Positions 1-12,818 of a DNA stretch of 64,000 nucleotides are shown here, in pieces. The notes beneath the pieces are model-generated. The model did no database searches and was not told the DNA's origin. It saw nothing but the letters and a program-made list of their open reading frames with translations. The stretch spans positions 14,324,001 to 14,388,000 of the forward strand of contig CM119371.1 of assembly GCA_051294905.1 (NCBI GenBank). Reading direction: 5' to 3'. How positions within the stretch are numbered: position 1 is the first letter of the stretch; each line of letters opens with the position of its first letter. The stretch comes from Botryllus schlosseri (Eukaryota). A program made the translations under genes and the position numbers.

Positions 1-71
1 TTGAGAACTTTGAGAATTTGAACATTCAGAATATTACTCTATCGTAACATAGGGGATGATACAGTTTAGTG

Positions 72-2647
72 CAGTGCTTTTCAACCTGTGTGACGGTTCG
101 CACTGGTGCGAATGAAAAAAATTGCGGTGCGAATGACGAAGGTGGTGCGAATAGTGCGAATGAAAATCTGGGTCAAGTGCGAATGACGAAGGTGGTGCGA
201 ATGGTGCGAATGAAAATCCGGATCAAGTGCGAATGAAAATCGTGATTAATTGTTAACTTTTCTGACGAGGAATAATTCAAATAAACGTAATAGAAAATTT
301 AGAAACTGTGTAACTTTTGTAGTTGCGACGCAATTGTAAAAACTTAATACGACGCACCACTAATCATAGCTCTTACAAGCCGTAGTGAATTAATATTCCC
401 ACACTATAATTATTACGTCACCAAAAGTCTGGTTTGGAAGCTGGTGTAGTGGCAGTATAGAGATCTCTACAGTCTCTATAGGGGCAGGCATACAGTATAT
501 CAGCCCATGATCCTGCGACAGGTTCGAGAAATGATGTCAAATTGACTTTCTGCTTTCTTTCGCTAAACAATCATCATATTTTCGTAATGGCAGTTCGATT
601 AGCGCGAGGTACGAGGATAGTAGTAAATAGGGCTGGGCACAATGATTCGAGTACTCGAATCTGAATCGAGTATTAATTTTAATGATTCGAGTCGAGTAGT
701 AAAATACGATTTTTTCGAGTACTGAAATTATACGCTCCTCGCCACTGAAAGTTGATTTATCAACGACGAGTATATCAACGATCAACGAGTTTATACTAAT
801 TTCACTGTTGAAGCCTTGAAACCTTGATTGGCCGTATCGTAGCATACGAAACATGAAGTACAAAGCTACGAACGTTACTGGAAATAGCACATTTCCGCAG
901 TCATGATCATCCCACAATATTGTCACTAAGTGCAATGAATTCGGTATGGTCGAAAAAAATGCCAAAGTATATCCTTAATATGATGGATAACAAGTATTAT
1001 ATTCTTTATGGTCGCTTAAAAGGTACATATTTGAACTTTGACAAATAAGATTCTGCTATGATGTCATAATGAGTGATACTCGATTACTCGACTCGACTCG
1101 AAGCATTTTACGTGATTCAGAATCGCATCACTCAGATACTCGATTTTGCCCAGCCCTCTTAGTAAATACCATCATTACAGCGACTCACATTCGCAAGTTT
1201 ACTGTAACGTAAATTTTTACCCCTTCATGATTATTTAAGTAGGGACCGTAAAGGGTATAATTTTGGGTCGACACGGTGCCAGAGCTATCTGTTAATATGT
1301 ATGTAATATTTATTGAATTTATTGCAAAAAAACCTGCGATCCTTTTTACATATTCAAGGTCACTGTGTTGGGTACTGTAGCCAATAAGCGAGACGTGCAC
1401 CAAATATGGCATATGGCATGGATTTCATGATCAGATTTGTCCGACTGTTTTTTCTGGAAATCATGGTCGAAGACTGTTGGTATGAACTAGTTTAGGGGTG
1501 TGCAACGATCGAGTTCAGGCCTTTGAGACTCATTCATTTCGAGGCCAACCCCTTCTGCGTTGGGGCACATGAAGAAGTAAAGCTTTGGCGAATAAACCGC
1601 TGATAAAATGCGGTGCCAAAAACATGAGCGGCGACAAAACCTTGGTCTAAAATGACCGATTCTGGATGGTCAAACCTTTCGAGATGGATTGGATATGCTC
1701 CGTTGTCGGCACGGAATAGTCCCGTTCTTGCTATGTGAGTAGACAGCATAGTACAACTGTGATACGCAGATGAATTTAATTCGCACTAATTTGTAATCGC
1801 GTACGTCAGACATGTGTTGTAGAGCTGTGTTGGTTAGAATTGTGATGTGCGCGTTCTCTATGTCATACATGCCCGTAACATCGTAGCATACAACTGTAAT
1901 ATTAAATATAAATTCCTCTTCATGGGTGAGGCTCGGGTTGCGATATGCCAGAAAAACTCAGATTTGGTGGTAGTCTAAAAGCTGGTTTACCGTTATTAAA
2001 CTGTTATGAATTCTCAAGTTAGATTGAGGTGAAGAGTAGAACACGCAGTACCATGAGTTATTTGTTCTTCTCATAAACTTGCGAGACAGAAGTTGGAGCA
2101 ACGTATCATCAGGTATCGAGCTCTAAGGTGCCAAGTTGGCCAACTTGCCAACTCTCTTTGATCGTTTTGCACCTTATGTTCCAAAGACATAAGACAAAAC
2201 CCTCAATACAAACATGTGGGTTTTTCATCCTTTCGACCAACTGGAGCTTCGCGGGACCTTTGTGTCAGCTCTCAAAAACGATTTCTGCCAGCAAGCATTT
2301 TTCACTCGCGAAAAATACGCTGTATTTTTGATAGGAGTGCAGAACAGATTTCAAGACCTGGCCATCCAAGCACTAGTAGAAGTTCTTGTACAAATTACGA
2401 ACAACATTGTTTGGTCGAGAAGGGTTGTATTGAAATAATTGCAATTAAAACGAGCGAAAAAGTAGCCTTTTCAATGAAACATTTGATAGCTTAAGCTACA
2501 TACTTATCCAATTTGTTGCACATCTGAACAAAATGTTGAGTAGGCCTATCTTCATCTTTTTGTATAATAATTTTCGATTAGTTTGTGCGAATGAAATTTA
2601 TTTCACAAAAAAGTGCGAATGGAGCTCAAAAAGGTTGAAAAGCACTG
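72..2647 (+). mobile_element. Degenerate hAT (Buster/Charlie-like) element
   Basis: TIR CAGTGCTTTTCAACC; perfect TSD GTTTAGTG; subterminal GTGCGAAT repeats at ~105-240; frameshifted dimerisation-domain remnant at ~2210-2460 (LAIQAL..VLVQ..T..CLVEKG..IAIKT). It sits inside a larger element of the 32303-33406 family that ends at 3006. Confidence 0.85.
628..1158. mobile_element. hAT MITE (TAGGGCTGGGCA ends)
   Basis: TIR TAGGGCTGGGCA; TSD GTAGTAAA/TTAGTAAA; CTCGA-rich subterminal repeats; related ends at ~22240-22379 and ~31799-31872. Confidence 0.8.
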
Positions 2648-3406
2648 GTTTAGTGTATGAACGTTATATAACATGGGTTGCTTTGTTTGGAATACATTCA
2701 TGTTAAAGTTATTCGACCATATGGTATGAGCTCGTACCCGATGGTTGTTATAACAACCTTGATTTGATTCCGAATATAACACATACAATTATCATAGCGT
2801 TAATTAGTCGAGTGGTCCTCGGGCGCGATTCATGCTATTTCCAATGGTGAAGCCCCAATCGGAAAAGACCGACCAGACTTCGAATTCTTCCCGCTTGTTT
2901 TTACTGCCGTTCCTAATAATTGTTTTTTTTTTTTGGGGGGGGGGGAGCGCCAGACCCAGACAATTTTCGAAAGGGGTGCCGCAGTAAAAAACGTTAAGAA
3001 CCACTGGACTAAAGGAACAATAAACATATTCTGCTTGTTGCTTTTACTAATACCGCTGTACCTGATCCTGTATATAGTTATCCAGTATAACATCTGTATG
3101 ACTGTAAATTATTCCAAGATAGTATCGGACTTTTGTATTTGGACCTTTGTTAAATAATAATTGAGTATTCCTACCGTAGAGAGACCGGTACAGAATCAGA
3201 ACTTTATCAGTGCACACATCAAACATTCGTGAAAGTGAGTTATACGAACAAACGATGAAACTGTTGAAAATATTCACATTTATCGTTACATGATAGAAAT
3301 AAATGTGACGGTGATATAAAAGTCATCTGCAGCGTGTATCGTTGGTCCCTTAAAATTCACCAAGTAGTACACAAAGCAAAATTTCAAAAACGAAATATAT
3401 CCGCAG

Positions 3407-6400
3407 CTATCTTTCTTCTATATTTTCCATCACCGACAAGTATAGTCGGTCTGCCCCAGCATCGATAGTATATGAATCAAAGGTAGATAGCGATATTTCT
3501 TTAACGGCAGCTTGGGCAGTGTCAGTGACAGATTGGGATTTAGTTGCTGAGTTATTACTAATCGGGTAATACTCTTTACTCGGCGTTGCACCCAAGCCAA
3601 TATGTTGACTGGAGATAGAGTTTTCGGAATGCATGGTCATGCGAGTCGCGTTGCCAGACGATGAGTTTGTATCGGCAGTGCTTGCGCTACTCTTCCGTCG
3701 ATAATATACCATGGTGGCTGTACTCAGCCGTCTCAATGTGGAGATAGCGGAATCTACCATCGAGCCGGCTATTCTTATAGCCCGCAGAGATTTAACGGCC
3801 TTCCGAAACTCTGTCCCTCTTACGCTGTATATCAGACAATTCCACAAGCTGTTACTTAGCAAAATGATGCCGAAGCAATATCCGACGGAATGGTAGATTT
3901 TAATGGACAGTAAATCTAACTGTTCCGGCAACTGGAAAACAATGTTGTCGAATGCAGCGCCGGCAAATACGGTGGCAAACGGTGGTAGCACGCACGCTAC
4001 GAAAACACCCACCATTAATCCCAATACCTTGCTTAACCGTATTTCCATATCATCGATATTTTTACCCTTTTCAGTTGTAGTTGTTGTGAGTTTCATTCGA
4101 ACTTTGGCGTGTTTTGTTGCTGAGCGGAAAATCATAATGTTTGTCACGCACATTAGAATCAAAGGAAGGCCAAACGCCACCGACATCAAAATGCTAGCGG
4201 TATCACCAACAGATGATACTATGAGACTAGCAGGAAGCTTATACATTAAAGTCTTGACCATGAATGGAATCGTAGAAATAAACAGAGCCACTATCCATAT
4301 GACACAGCAAGCGATCTTTGCGTGCGTCTTGGCGATATATCTGTTATAACTAAGCGGTCTGAAAATCGCCCATAATCTGTCACAACTCGCTATCAATAGC
4401 GTGTACACCGAAGTCGTGAGAGTGAGAGTTGTGATAAATCCCAAAGCATTGATATATCCAGTAGAAATGACCGATCTCGTACCCCCACCTGCGAGTCTAT
4501 AAGTTATATTTGATGATCTCTTCACTATTTCTCCCATTTTCCGGGGCCCGCAAAATTTGAAATAGCCAAATACGATCGTGCTCGGTATGACAGTCAATCC
4601 ACTCATCAAGTCGCTAAAAGCCACGTTGATTTTATATATTGCTTGACTGTCTCGCAGCTTTGCAGTGGTCGCGTAAACTGCGAGCACGATAATGTTCGCC
4701 ACTATCACAGCAATGGATAGGACCGTCGTAACGAGAAAACATATTGCCAAACTTGACTTGGTCCTGAAATGAAGAGGGATTTTCATTGGAATTTTGTACA
4801 ATGTAAGCCCAGAACCATTAACCATCGCGTTGACAACAAATAGTATACCAAGTAAGGATTCATCAAATACGTAGTTCTCGCTAAATTGCGTGTATTATGT
4901 GTGATACGAGTCCGCACACGAAACTATACCGGATCACGATCTGACATATCGACTATACTTACCAGACTTGGACAACTAGATAATTCTAGTTGTCTAATTT
5001 CACTAAATTAGAGTGAAATAACAGTAATCTAATTTTAATCTAATTTGTGAAATGTTTCCTTGTTCTATTTCTAATTATAATCTAATTGTGAAATGTCTAT
5101 GCTCTAATTTTAGTTTTAATCTAATTTATTGTTTTCTCAAAATGCCTCTTTGTCCGAGGCATTTTGCAGCGAGTTAACAAGAATATCCTTCTCGCAAGAA
5201 AGTCCAGTGCCAAGCCGTCATCGCATTACTTACACCGTGAAGTCGCAGCAGTTATTGTGACGAATGATAATAACCTGCTAGCATAGTAGCTGGGAGTCTG
5301 CGAACAACAATCTAGTTTTTGAAACTTTACGTTTGTACAACGCCGTGCCAACTAACATGGGTGATGCTCAGGGTTACCACGAAAGAAGTAATATTTTAAT
5401 AAAGTAAAACAAGAAATATCATGATCATAAAAGTCATTTAATTTTTAAGTATGAGCTGCGAACGATACCTGACAATTTTTTCCAACGACTAATAAATCGA
5501 TATTGGGGCTAGCCAGACATGTTATCAGCTGAAAGACTATATGTCATCCTAAAGATTGATCTTGTGGCGACGTCCTATGCCGTTTTCTAAGCGTCTCTGT
5601 CTAGGCAAGGCAAGGCAAGGCAATATGCCTATTGATATCAGCTGACTCTCCACCGATGGAATGCTGTTGCCATCGCCGAAGCCGTTTCAGCTAGTGTGGA
5701 ATAGTGTTGTTGGGAACGAACAGGCGAATACCTTCTGTTGAAACAACAACCACATGAAACTGAAGTAAATTTCAGCATTTCATAATGCTTTATTTCGCGT
5801 ATTTCCAAAATCTCAAATCAGATCGGCGGCGGCGATTGTGGTGACCCCTGAAAACGCGCCAAACTTGGTGTACAGACGTTACCCATTCTCATGGTTATGG
5901 GAATGCAGTGTGATTTGATGTGAACTGACTTTTGTTGTATTCAATTCCTATTCACAATTTCATTCAAATTCCAAGTTTTTGCGAGTTCAATATTTATTAT
6001 AATAATCTGATTTGAATAAAAACTGTGTAGCTCTAATTCTAATTCTAATCTAATTCGGAAAAAGCTGTCTAGCTCTAATTCGAATTCTAATCTAATTTGG
6101 AAAAAAGTGTCTAGGTCTTATTCTAATTCTAATTTAATTCGGAAAAGCTGAACTTTTTTTTAGTTGTCCAAGTCTACTACTTACATGTTATAAGCCAAAC
6201 TGAGCAAGGAAGTCACTTTTTGAGGCGAAGCCTCACTCTTCAAACCGGTCTCTGAATCGAAATGGCAAAATTCATACAAATTCGTATTGTTTTCATTTTG
6301 TGTGAAAATCATATTTTAATTGTTTCTTTCTTTTAATAACTAAACATTGTACTGTAACTGAAATAGGACGCCTAATCGCGCAAATGATGGAGGGCGCTGC

Positions 6401-7171
6401 AAGTGGCGTCTTCAATTCTCCAGAACGCACCGCCATATAATATTAATGGTACGAGGTGGACTCTTACCTTATTGAATAAGTACTCCACGGAGATATGTTC
6501 ATTTCCATAGCTGTGTCGATGTCGTAACCAACCCACGTGATATCGTCGAACAAAGTGAACGGTTCGCACATTTCGTGAAATCTACCAACGCCTCCAGACG
6601 GTCGATCGAACAATGCGATTTGAACACATGGTTCGTACAACATTTCCATACGCAGGTCGCGCGGTATCAATGATGCAGATAAGTTTCTCCACAGCTCCTC
6701 ATCATGTGTCGTCTGTGCGCCATTCACATACGGAATATGTTTTGGCACATACTTGTAGAGAGTTTCAAAGCAACTGTTGAATAGCCGGGTCCGATCACAG
6801 AAGCTCTGGTACACCAGTTTGGTGAAGGGTGTGAAATTATAGACTGGATTTTTGCACTCATAATTATATTGATCGCATTTCCAATTCTTCAAGGTTGTAA
6901 GATAAGTCGTGAGGTAATACCCACCGGAGTACCATACGCGAGCAAAATCTTCGTAGTACATGTCGCAGCAGATATTCCTGTTAGCAAATAAGTACGCCGA
7001 AGAACTGTCACACTCCAACAGTTTAGGGCTTTTGAACTTCTGTGGTACAACGTTGGTAATATTCGACGTTTTGTTATTCGTCGACGCGTCACATTGCATC
7101 ATGAGCATCAGTAACAACCACACCAATACCATGATATTGTTGCAATGTGACATGAAATATATTCGACTCAT
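3407..7171 (-). CDS. Class A (rhodopsin-like) GPCR with signal peptide and Cys-rich ectodomain, copy 1; exons 7171-6468 and 4880-3407, 725 aa
   Basis: Exon 2 has seven hydrophobic segments, TM1 N (ANIIV), TM2 D (AFSDL), a DRY variant (CDRLW) and a TM7 NPxxY variant (NSLWNCLIY). Exon 1 starts MSRIYFMSHCNNIMVLVWLLLMLMMQCDAS (signal-peptide-like). The donor AG|GTAAGA at 6468/6467 and acceptor GCAATTTAG|C at 4881/4880 are phase-compatible (AG+C=Ser, then ENYVFDE...). Total 2178 nt, open. Confidence 0.88.
4963..6176. mobile_element. hAT MITE in the intron of GPCR copy 1
   Basis: TIR AGACTTGGACAACTA; TSD ATACTTAC/CTACTTAC; CTAATT subterminal arrays; absent from the copy 2 intron; fragment also at ~42036-42161. 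Confidence 0.85.
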
Positions 7172-8194
7172 TGTGAGCAATGGATCTGGTAACTTGGATT
7201 TGGAATTTAAAATGTAGAGCGTTTCGAAGTTTGGGCTGAAACAAGAAGAAAATGCCGCCAATTATAATCATTAAGTAAAATAGTCACTCTAACTTATCCG
7301 GAGGGAGATTTCACTTATTACATATTACATAATATCATATTTATAGACCTTGGACGCATACAGTAGCCTACTTCAATTTGCAAATGAATAGTATATATAT
7401 AGTGATATTGAATATACTATTCAATAATATCATATATATCACATATTAAATAAGCTTGAATACTCGGGCTCAATAAATCGGATCGCTAAAAATTTACCAA
7501 TCTGTTCAATAATATATCGTTATAGAGTTAGAGAACCACCGCTCTAAGATAAAGATCATTCTGCCGTTTTGTGAACTGTGCATTTTGTCTAGTTTGCACA
7601 GAATATCAGGAGTATTAGATCGGTCAAATCCCCGAATAAATGTAGGCCTACTCTTAATCATAAGATTTCAGATTAATCTGTATTTCTCAACTATCATATG
7701 GAGCGTCACAAATTATCATCGCTGTCTTAATCGCCAATTTCAATCTCCTCGATTAGCGTCATTAATGTAACGGAATTAGAGGTGAAATGTTGAATGAAAG
7801 CAGTTGTAAAATAGTAAATATAGGTGAGTTACGTCGTAGTAGGCCTATGCCTAGCGTACATCCGAAGTAAATATAATTCACGATTATAAGATTTAATCAA
7901 TGCTCGCTGCTCAGACTTTTAGAAGGAATTGTTGAACCCACAATGCGCGAACCTGCAGCGTAAATGTATACTTACAAATCAAGAAGCCTCTCAACAGAGC
8001 AGATTCATTCATATTTACTATATCTATCATTCAATAAAAACTATGGTAATAGTAGTTTTTATTTCGACATATCTATCACTGCAATAGTAAGAAAAAAAAT
8101 TAATTTTCTGTAACCTGAATCAGATCAAAGATGAGTAACATTGTTATTCTACTGTATCGAAAGAGTTCTCTTCTACTAAAATAGATAGAATTGA

Positions 8195-8740
8195 ATAGTT
8201 TATTCATATTGCAATGAACCCGAATATTTTCGGCTGACCCTCGTCAGGGGTAATCGTCAGCAACTAGTAGAGAATTGGAAAGAACATTGTATATCAACAA
8301 TCGCGAGAGGAACGTCAAAGCGTTCGCGGGAACGCATAAAACAGCATGCCCCCAGATTAATCAGAACATGTACATCACTCTCAGTAACGAGCTCACCCTT
8401 GACTCACCCGCTCAAGGTCGATGGCGAACAAAGGCCATAAATTCTGCCATTGGCAAACATCTGTTCGATAACCCCGCTAGTGCGAACAATTATCCAGACG
8501 ACAGATTTCGAGTCGTTGGGTGGGGCCGTTCAAACTTTCATTTGCGGGCCGTGGAGTCGACCTTTATCCAAATCCACCAGCTAAGGCTGTGGCAAAAACA
8601 GGACTTCATGTACCATCTAAAAATAGCGCATTGAACGCCCTCAAAAATGCTCGCTGGTGGCGACATATTTTGTGATCCGATTGTTGATATAAAATGTTCT
8701 TTCCATAGTTGCTGACGATTACCCCTGACGAGTCAGCCGA
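8195..8740 (+). mobile_element. 5'-truncated Penelope-like element with an inverted terminal repeat
   Basis: About 8305-8634 encodes a degenerate C-terminus matching the 42.5-kb ORF (KAINSAIGKHL...YHLKIAH). About 8195-8303 is the reverse complement of that element's 3' terminal repeat (~44271-44380). Confidence 0.88.
8218..8251 (-). ncRNA. Minimal type I hammerhead ribozyme (Penelope terminal repeat)
   Basis: Minus strand reads ACCC-CTGACGA-GG-GTCAG-CC-GAAA-ATAT-TC-GGGT: stem I ACCC/GGGT, CUGANGA and GAAA cores, 2-bp stem II, palindromic ATAT loop III, NUH = UUC. Confidence 0.82.
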
Positions 8741-9621
8741 TTTTGAAGGGTTTCCAATGCTCTATGATTGTTAATATTCGGAATTCTGGAATCAGTGCGA
8801 TAATAGCATTTGATTGATACCAGGTATTACGAATTCTGAGATGTTTATGATGAATCGCATTGTCGCAGGTGATTCACGACCCGCCCGTGCCTCACCTCTA
8901 TGTTCGCGCTGTATTTTGAAAAAATCAATATAAAAATTGGTGATGTTGGACGAAAAAATGCTCAGATTTAGTTATACATGGACATGGAGGGTAAATATCT
9001 ATAATCACTGAATGTTTTCACAATTTTCCTTTACTCATTCTGGCGACAGGTGAGGCACTTCCTCACTTGCCTCCCCTGACCGCACGCCACTGCGATTAAT
9101 GTAAATCTATAAACTATATCAATCAGATTTAAATCAGATATTTGAAACGCCGAGTCAAGTCAAGTTATTTTTGCAAAATGATTCGAGTCAAGTCAAGTCA
9201 TCTGACAAACATGACTCGACTCTGACTCGAGTCAAGTCATGAATCGATTCGTCTCAACACTGTATCATAAAAGGTTTAATAACTGCCTGGTGCCGAACAA
9301 TGTATACGAAAAGGGACCTAACATTTGGTTTCCCTAAAAATCTCTAGCCTTCCTGAAGATACGGAGAAGGAGTGCTGTTGTCCGACATGCTAAGGTTAAA
9401 CCACCGACATCACAGTCATATTTGCCAACTATCCTGTCATCGGTTACTGGGGTAGCCAATAAAATTATAGCTCAGAACAAAAAACGTGCTGCAGGTCTCG
9501 TATAAGTCATAGCAACCTTTCTCATGCTAAGGGTGCACATTGTTTTTCACTCCGAGGTGATCTGTGGCCCATGCCCAAAGGTAATATTAATTCTGAAACT
9601 TCTTTACAGTATACTATGGAG

Positions 9622-9934
9622 CAGTTGTTGTCAAACTTTTTTAGACACGACCCCTTTTTGACAGTGAAAAATTTTGCGCGCCCTCCTCGTGATATTGCGA
9701 AATATTGAAGAGAGAAATCAAATTGCTAGCAATCCCAACGGATAGTTTGATGGCAATGAAGGTTATTGCTATTGTGGAGCGAATTCTCAAATATGAAATT
9801 CGGACAATAGACAATAGACAATAGATTCACCATGAGCTGGAGGTAAATCGCGCGATGCGCGACAAAGATTCAGTTAACAGCGGCTTCGCGCCCTCCTTCA
9901 AATGCTTTCACGGCCCCCTTATTGAGAGCCACTG
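9622..9934. mobile_element. hAT MITE
   Basis: Ends CAGTTGTTGTCAA / TTGAGAGCCACTG; degenerate TSD CTATGGAG/CTATAGGG. Confidence 0.6.
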
Positions 9935-10719
9935 CTATAGGGAATGGTCTTCGTCATAATTGAAATATTTTGTAAACTTTTCATCAAAGCATCATTGCTA
10001 AATCCTTTTGTATGACGTCCCAAATCTCAATCGCATAACGCTGAAAGCTGCAGTTTTCGAAAATTCAAATGCAATTTGCCAAAAATCTGTATCTGATTGA
10101 AGAAAACGGATAAAAGTTTTGGATTCAGCATCAAAACGTACACTATGAACCGTCAATACTTTAGTAACCTTAAAATTAACGCAGTATAGTGTAATCAATA
10201 TTATTAAATATAACACATAATAATAAATAAGCTTGAATACTCGGGCTCATTTAATCGGATCGCTAAAAATTTACCAATCTGTTAAATAATATATCGAAAT
10301 GTACCCGTAAATCATGTAGCGTATATAGCCCAACTTATATATAGCCTACAAAATCGTTATAAATTTGCGACCGAATGAATAAATGGCTACTGTTAATTAA
10401 TAAGTTGAATTTTCACATTTTCACATTGTCCTCGTCAACGCATATTCGAATCGGACTGCTGTCGGTCTAGGTTTGCTCATCATCGAATCGCATGTCGTCT
10501 CATAATGGTTTATGTCACAAGGCCGCCTGCTTTATGAGTGTGGACTATATGCAAATGTATACGAAGACGTGATATTGCATCAATGTGAGACACTGAGTGG
10601 TGGAAGCAGCGAAGGATTCTGTTGATAGTTAGCATCGTGATGTTATCGGCTGCATAGCGTATTGAATCATGATATAAGATATATGCACGAACTTGTCAAG
10701 CACATGTGCGCAATGTACA

Positions 10720-11335
10720 TGAACTGGCGAAGTGTTCACGTCTATGCATCGTATTAATAGCAGCAGTTCCACTGCGGCCACTGCCCCGAGAACTTCAATG
10801 ACTTCTTTACCTCGGTATCAAAAGTCCATAAGTACGACACACGCGCGTCCACGTCGTCCAACCATCATATGGTTGACAAAAAAGATCATCGCTCTATCAA
10901 ATATGCCGGACCTGAAGTGTGGAACAGTATCTCACCGGCTATCCGACAGCCGTCGAGCATGTCCACATTCAAGTCGAAAGAAAAGCAATTTCTGCTGAGT
11001 GAATACTAGTCAGCCCTCGCCATTTACCGGACCACGGCCTGACATATGTCGATCTCGCCTTGTCTTTTATTTACTTTTGTTTATTTCGTTACTCTTTGCT
11101 ATGCTACTCGACTGAGAGAAGAAATTGTTTCATAATATCATTAATACTGCCAATATACTTGGGTGACTCCGGCCTAGAAGACTTCGGTCATATCGGGTCT
11201 CCCAGTCTATGCCGTGTAAAATATAGTTGGGATAATATTTTAAAAAATGTATACTATTGGACATGAATGTTTGTGGACATTGCCTATACTATATTTCATG
11301 GTTGACGAATAAAAGAATTTTCTCTCTCTCTCTCC
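10720..11335 (+). mobile_element. 3' end of a CR1/L2-type LINE
   Basis: Frame from ~10779 reads HCPENFNDFFTSVSKVHKYDTR...SIKYAGPEVWNSISPAIRQPSSMSTFKSKEKQFLLSEY, stop at 11009, a typical ORF2 C-terminus. The 3' UTR ends in AATAAAA plus (CT)n. Confidence 0.75.
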
Positions 11336-12215
11336 TTCCGTCACTTGCCACTTTATATTAGCTTCTTTCACTTTCATTCAGTGTGCATGCCTCCTCTTTA
11401 CATCGCCTAGACCCAGGTGGGTGTCTGATCTTAAAGGGGCACTGCGCTCAAAAAATGATGTGGTCTCAAATTGAAGAGTAGAACGAAAAAAAAATTTTGG
11501 CCGCAGCCGTTTTCTTCAGAACGCCACCGTAATGGAGCTGCAATTTATTGAAATTTCCAGAGTTGCAGCAGTCGCGGCTCCGGATAATCTCTTAACCCGT
11601 AACATGGCACGATGACTTCATCGTCGCACTTGCTCGACGCGATTACGCAGTCACGCAGAGGACGAGCTTCAGATAGAAGTCAGCCGATGTTCTGAAGCAA
11701 ATATGTCTAACACGCCAAGGTGGTGTAGATACCGCGTTCCACGGACGATATTCAGTCACTAGATTTTTCTAGTAATCGGGCCTAGTGTATTCTATTTCTT
11801 GAGGGAAGGAATAGATCATGTCCTATTCTTATGTTATGTATAAAACATTACCATCACCAATCAGTGTGCCCTCTGAACATTTCAAAATTCAGAGCGGTCA
11901 TAATTGGTTTCGCATTCAGGTTGGAGAATCATAAGATGAGGGTTTGAGAGTATCTTAAAATTATGGCTTGGGGATTAGTAACATTACAATATAATGAATA
12001 TATTATATATGTTTTAGGGTCAGCTGCGGAGTTGTGGGCTCAGGTTAGGTTTGCGTGCCGTTGGATTTTGGTTAGGGATGATGAATTTTCCTACAGTACC
12101 CGAACCACCAATTTTGAATGTCATGAATTTTGTCATGTTCATGGGGAACCCTGACTGGTGGTATTCGTGTTGTGGATAAGAAATTACTGTTTCTCTGAAA
12201 AACGGCTACAGAATA

Positions 12216-12740
12216 AAGTGCTTTTCAACCTGTATGACGGTTCGTACTTGTGCGAACGTCCTCCTTTCCCGAATCCAAAATATGATAACCCTACATTATA
12301 GGAAATAGTGTGCGATGCCAGTGTTGATTTGAATGCGAAGTATTGGAATTTCGGCACACATTCATATAGCGTTGACATATTACGTCGATTTAGTGGAAAG
12401 TGATATTGTTGCGAGTGAATATTGTTCATGGGTTCGCCCTTTAAGCTTCGAAAGAAATAACTGCACGATACCCGCAGAAAAAGCAACGAAGACCTTGAGA
12501 ACAGCGGAAGTGCGATATCTGTGATTTTTCTACTGCAGTGATTTTAGTATTTGATTAATCAGCAATACGATACACTAAATGTGAAATAATGACGCTCTGT
12601 ACCTACAGGAAGGTCTACAAATACAAAAAGTGATAAGCTTTTCATTTTCTTTTTGTGTAATAAATTCCAGCTGGCTGGTGCGAATTAAATTGTTTTTAAA
12701 AAAAAGTACGAATGGAGCTCAAAAAGGTTGAAAAGCACTT
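12216..12740. mobile_element. Short deletion derivative of the 72-2647 hAT family, nested in the Kolobok 5' region
   Basis: Ends AGTGCTTTTCAACCTGTATGACGGTTCG and GGAGCTCAAAAAGGTTGAAAAGCACT match the ends of the 72-2647 element; TSD not evident. Confidence 0.75.
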
Positions 12741-12818
12741 GTCTACGTTATTGTCTTGCTCTACTCAGAGTCTTCGTAATAGTATATAGAATATACATTG
12801 ACATTATAGCAAGCTGCA

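Noticed and set aside
537..965. 142-aa ORF
   Set aside because: Non-ATG start, lies mostly in a MITE and crosses its boundary; no recognisable motifs.
2656..3006. Homology to ~32915-33406 suggesting a third GPCR duplication unit
   Set aside because: 32303-33406 is a discrete element with a perfect GTGTAGTA TSD and ends shared with 47074-48908, so the match is a dispersed repeat.
3711..4349. Plus-strand ORFs overlapping the GPCR (also 27970-28233, 6960-7217 and 30724-31002)
   Set aside because: Antisense shadows of the real coding sequence.
7172..7261. N-terminal extension of the ORF-track protein 6464-7261
   Set aside because: It begins at TTG and is not conserved as an open frame in copy 2; the first shared ATG is 7171/30935.
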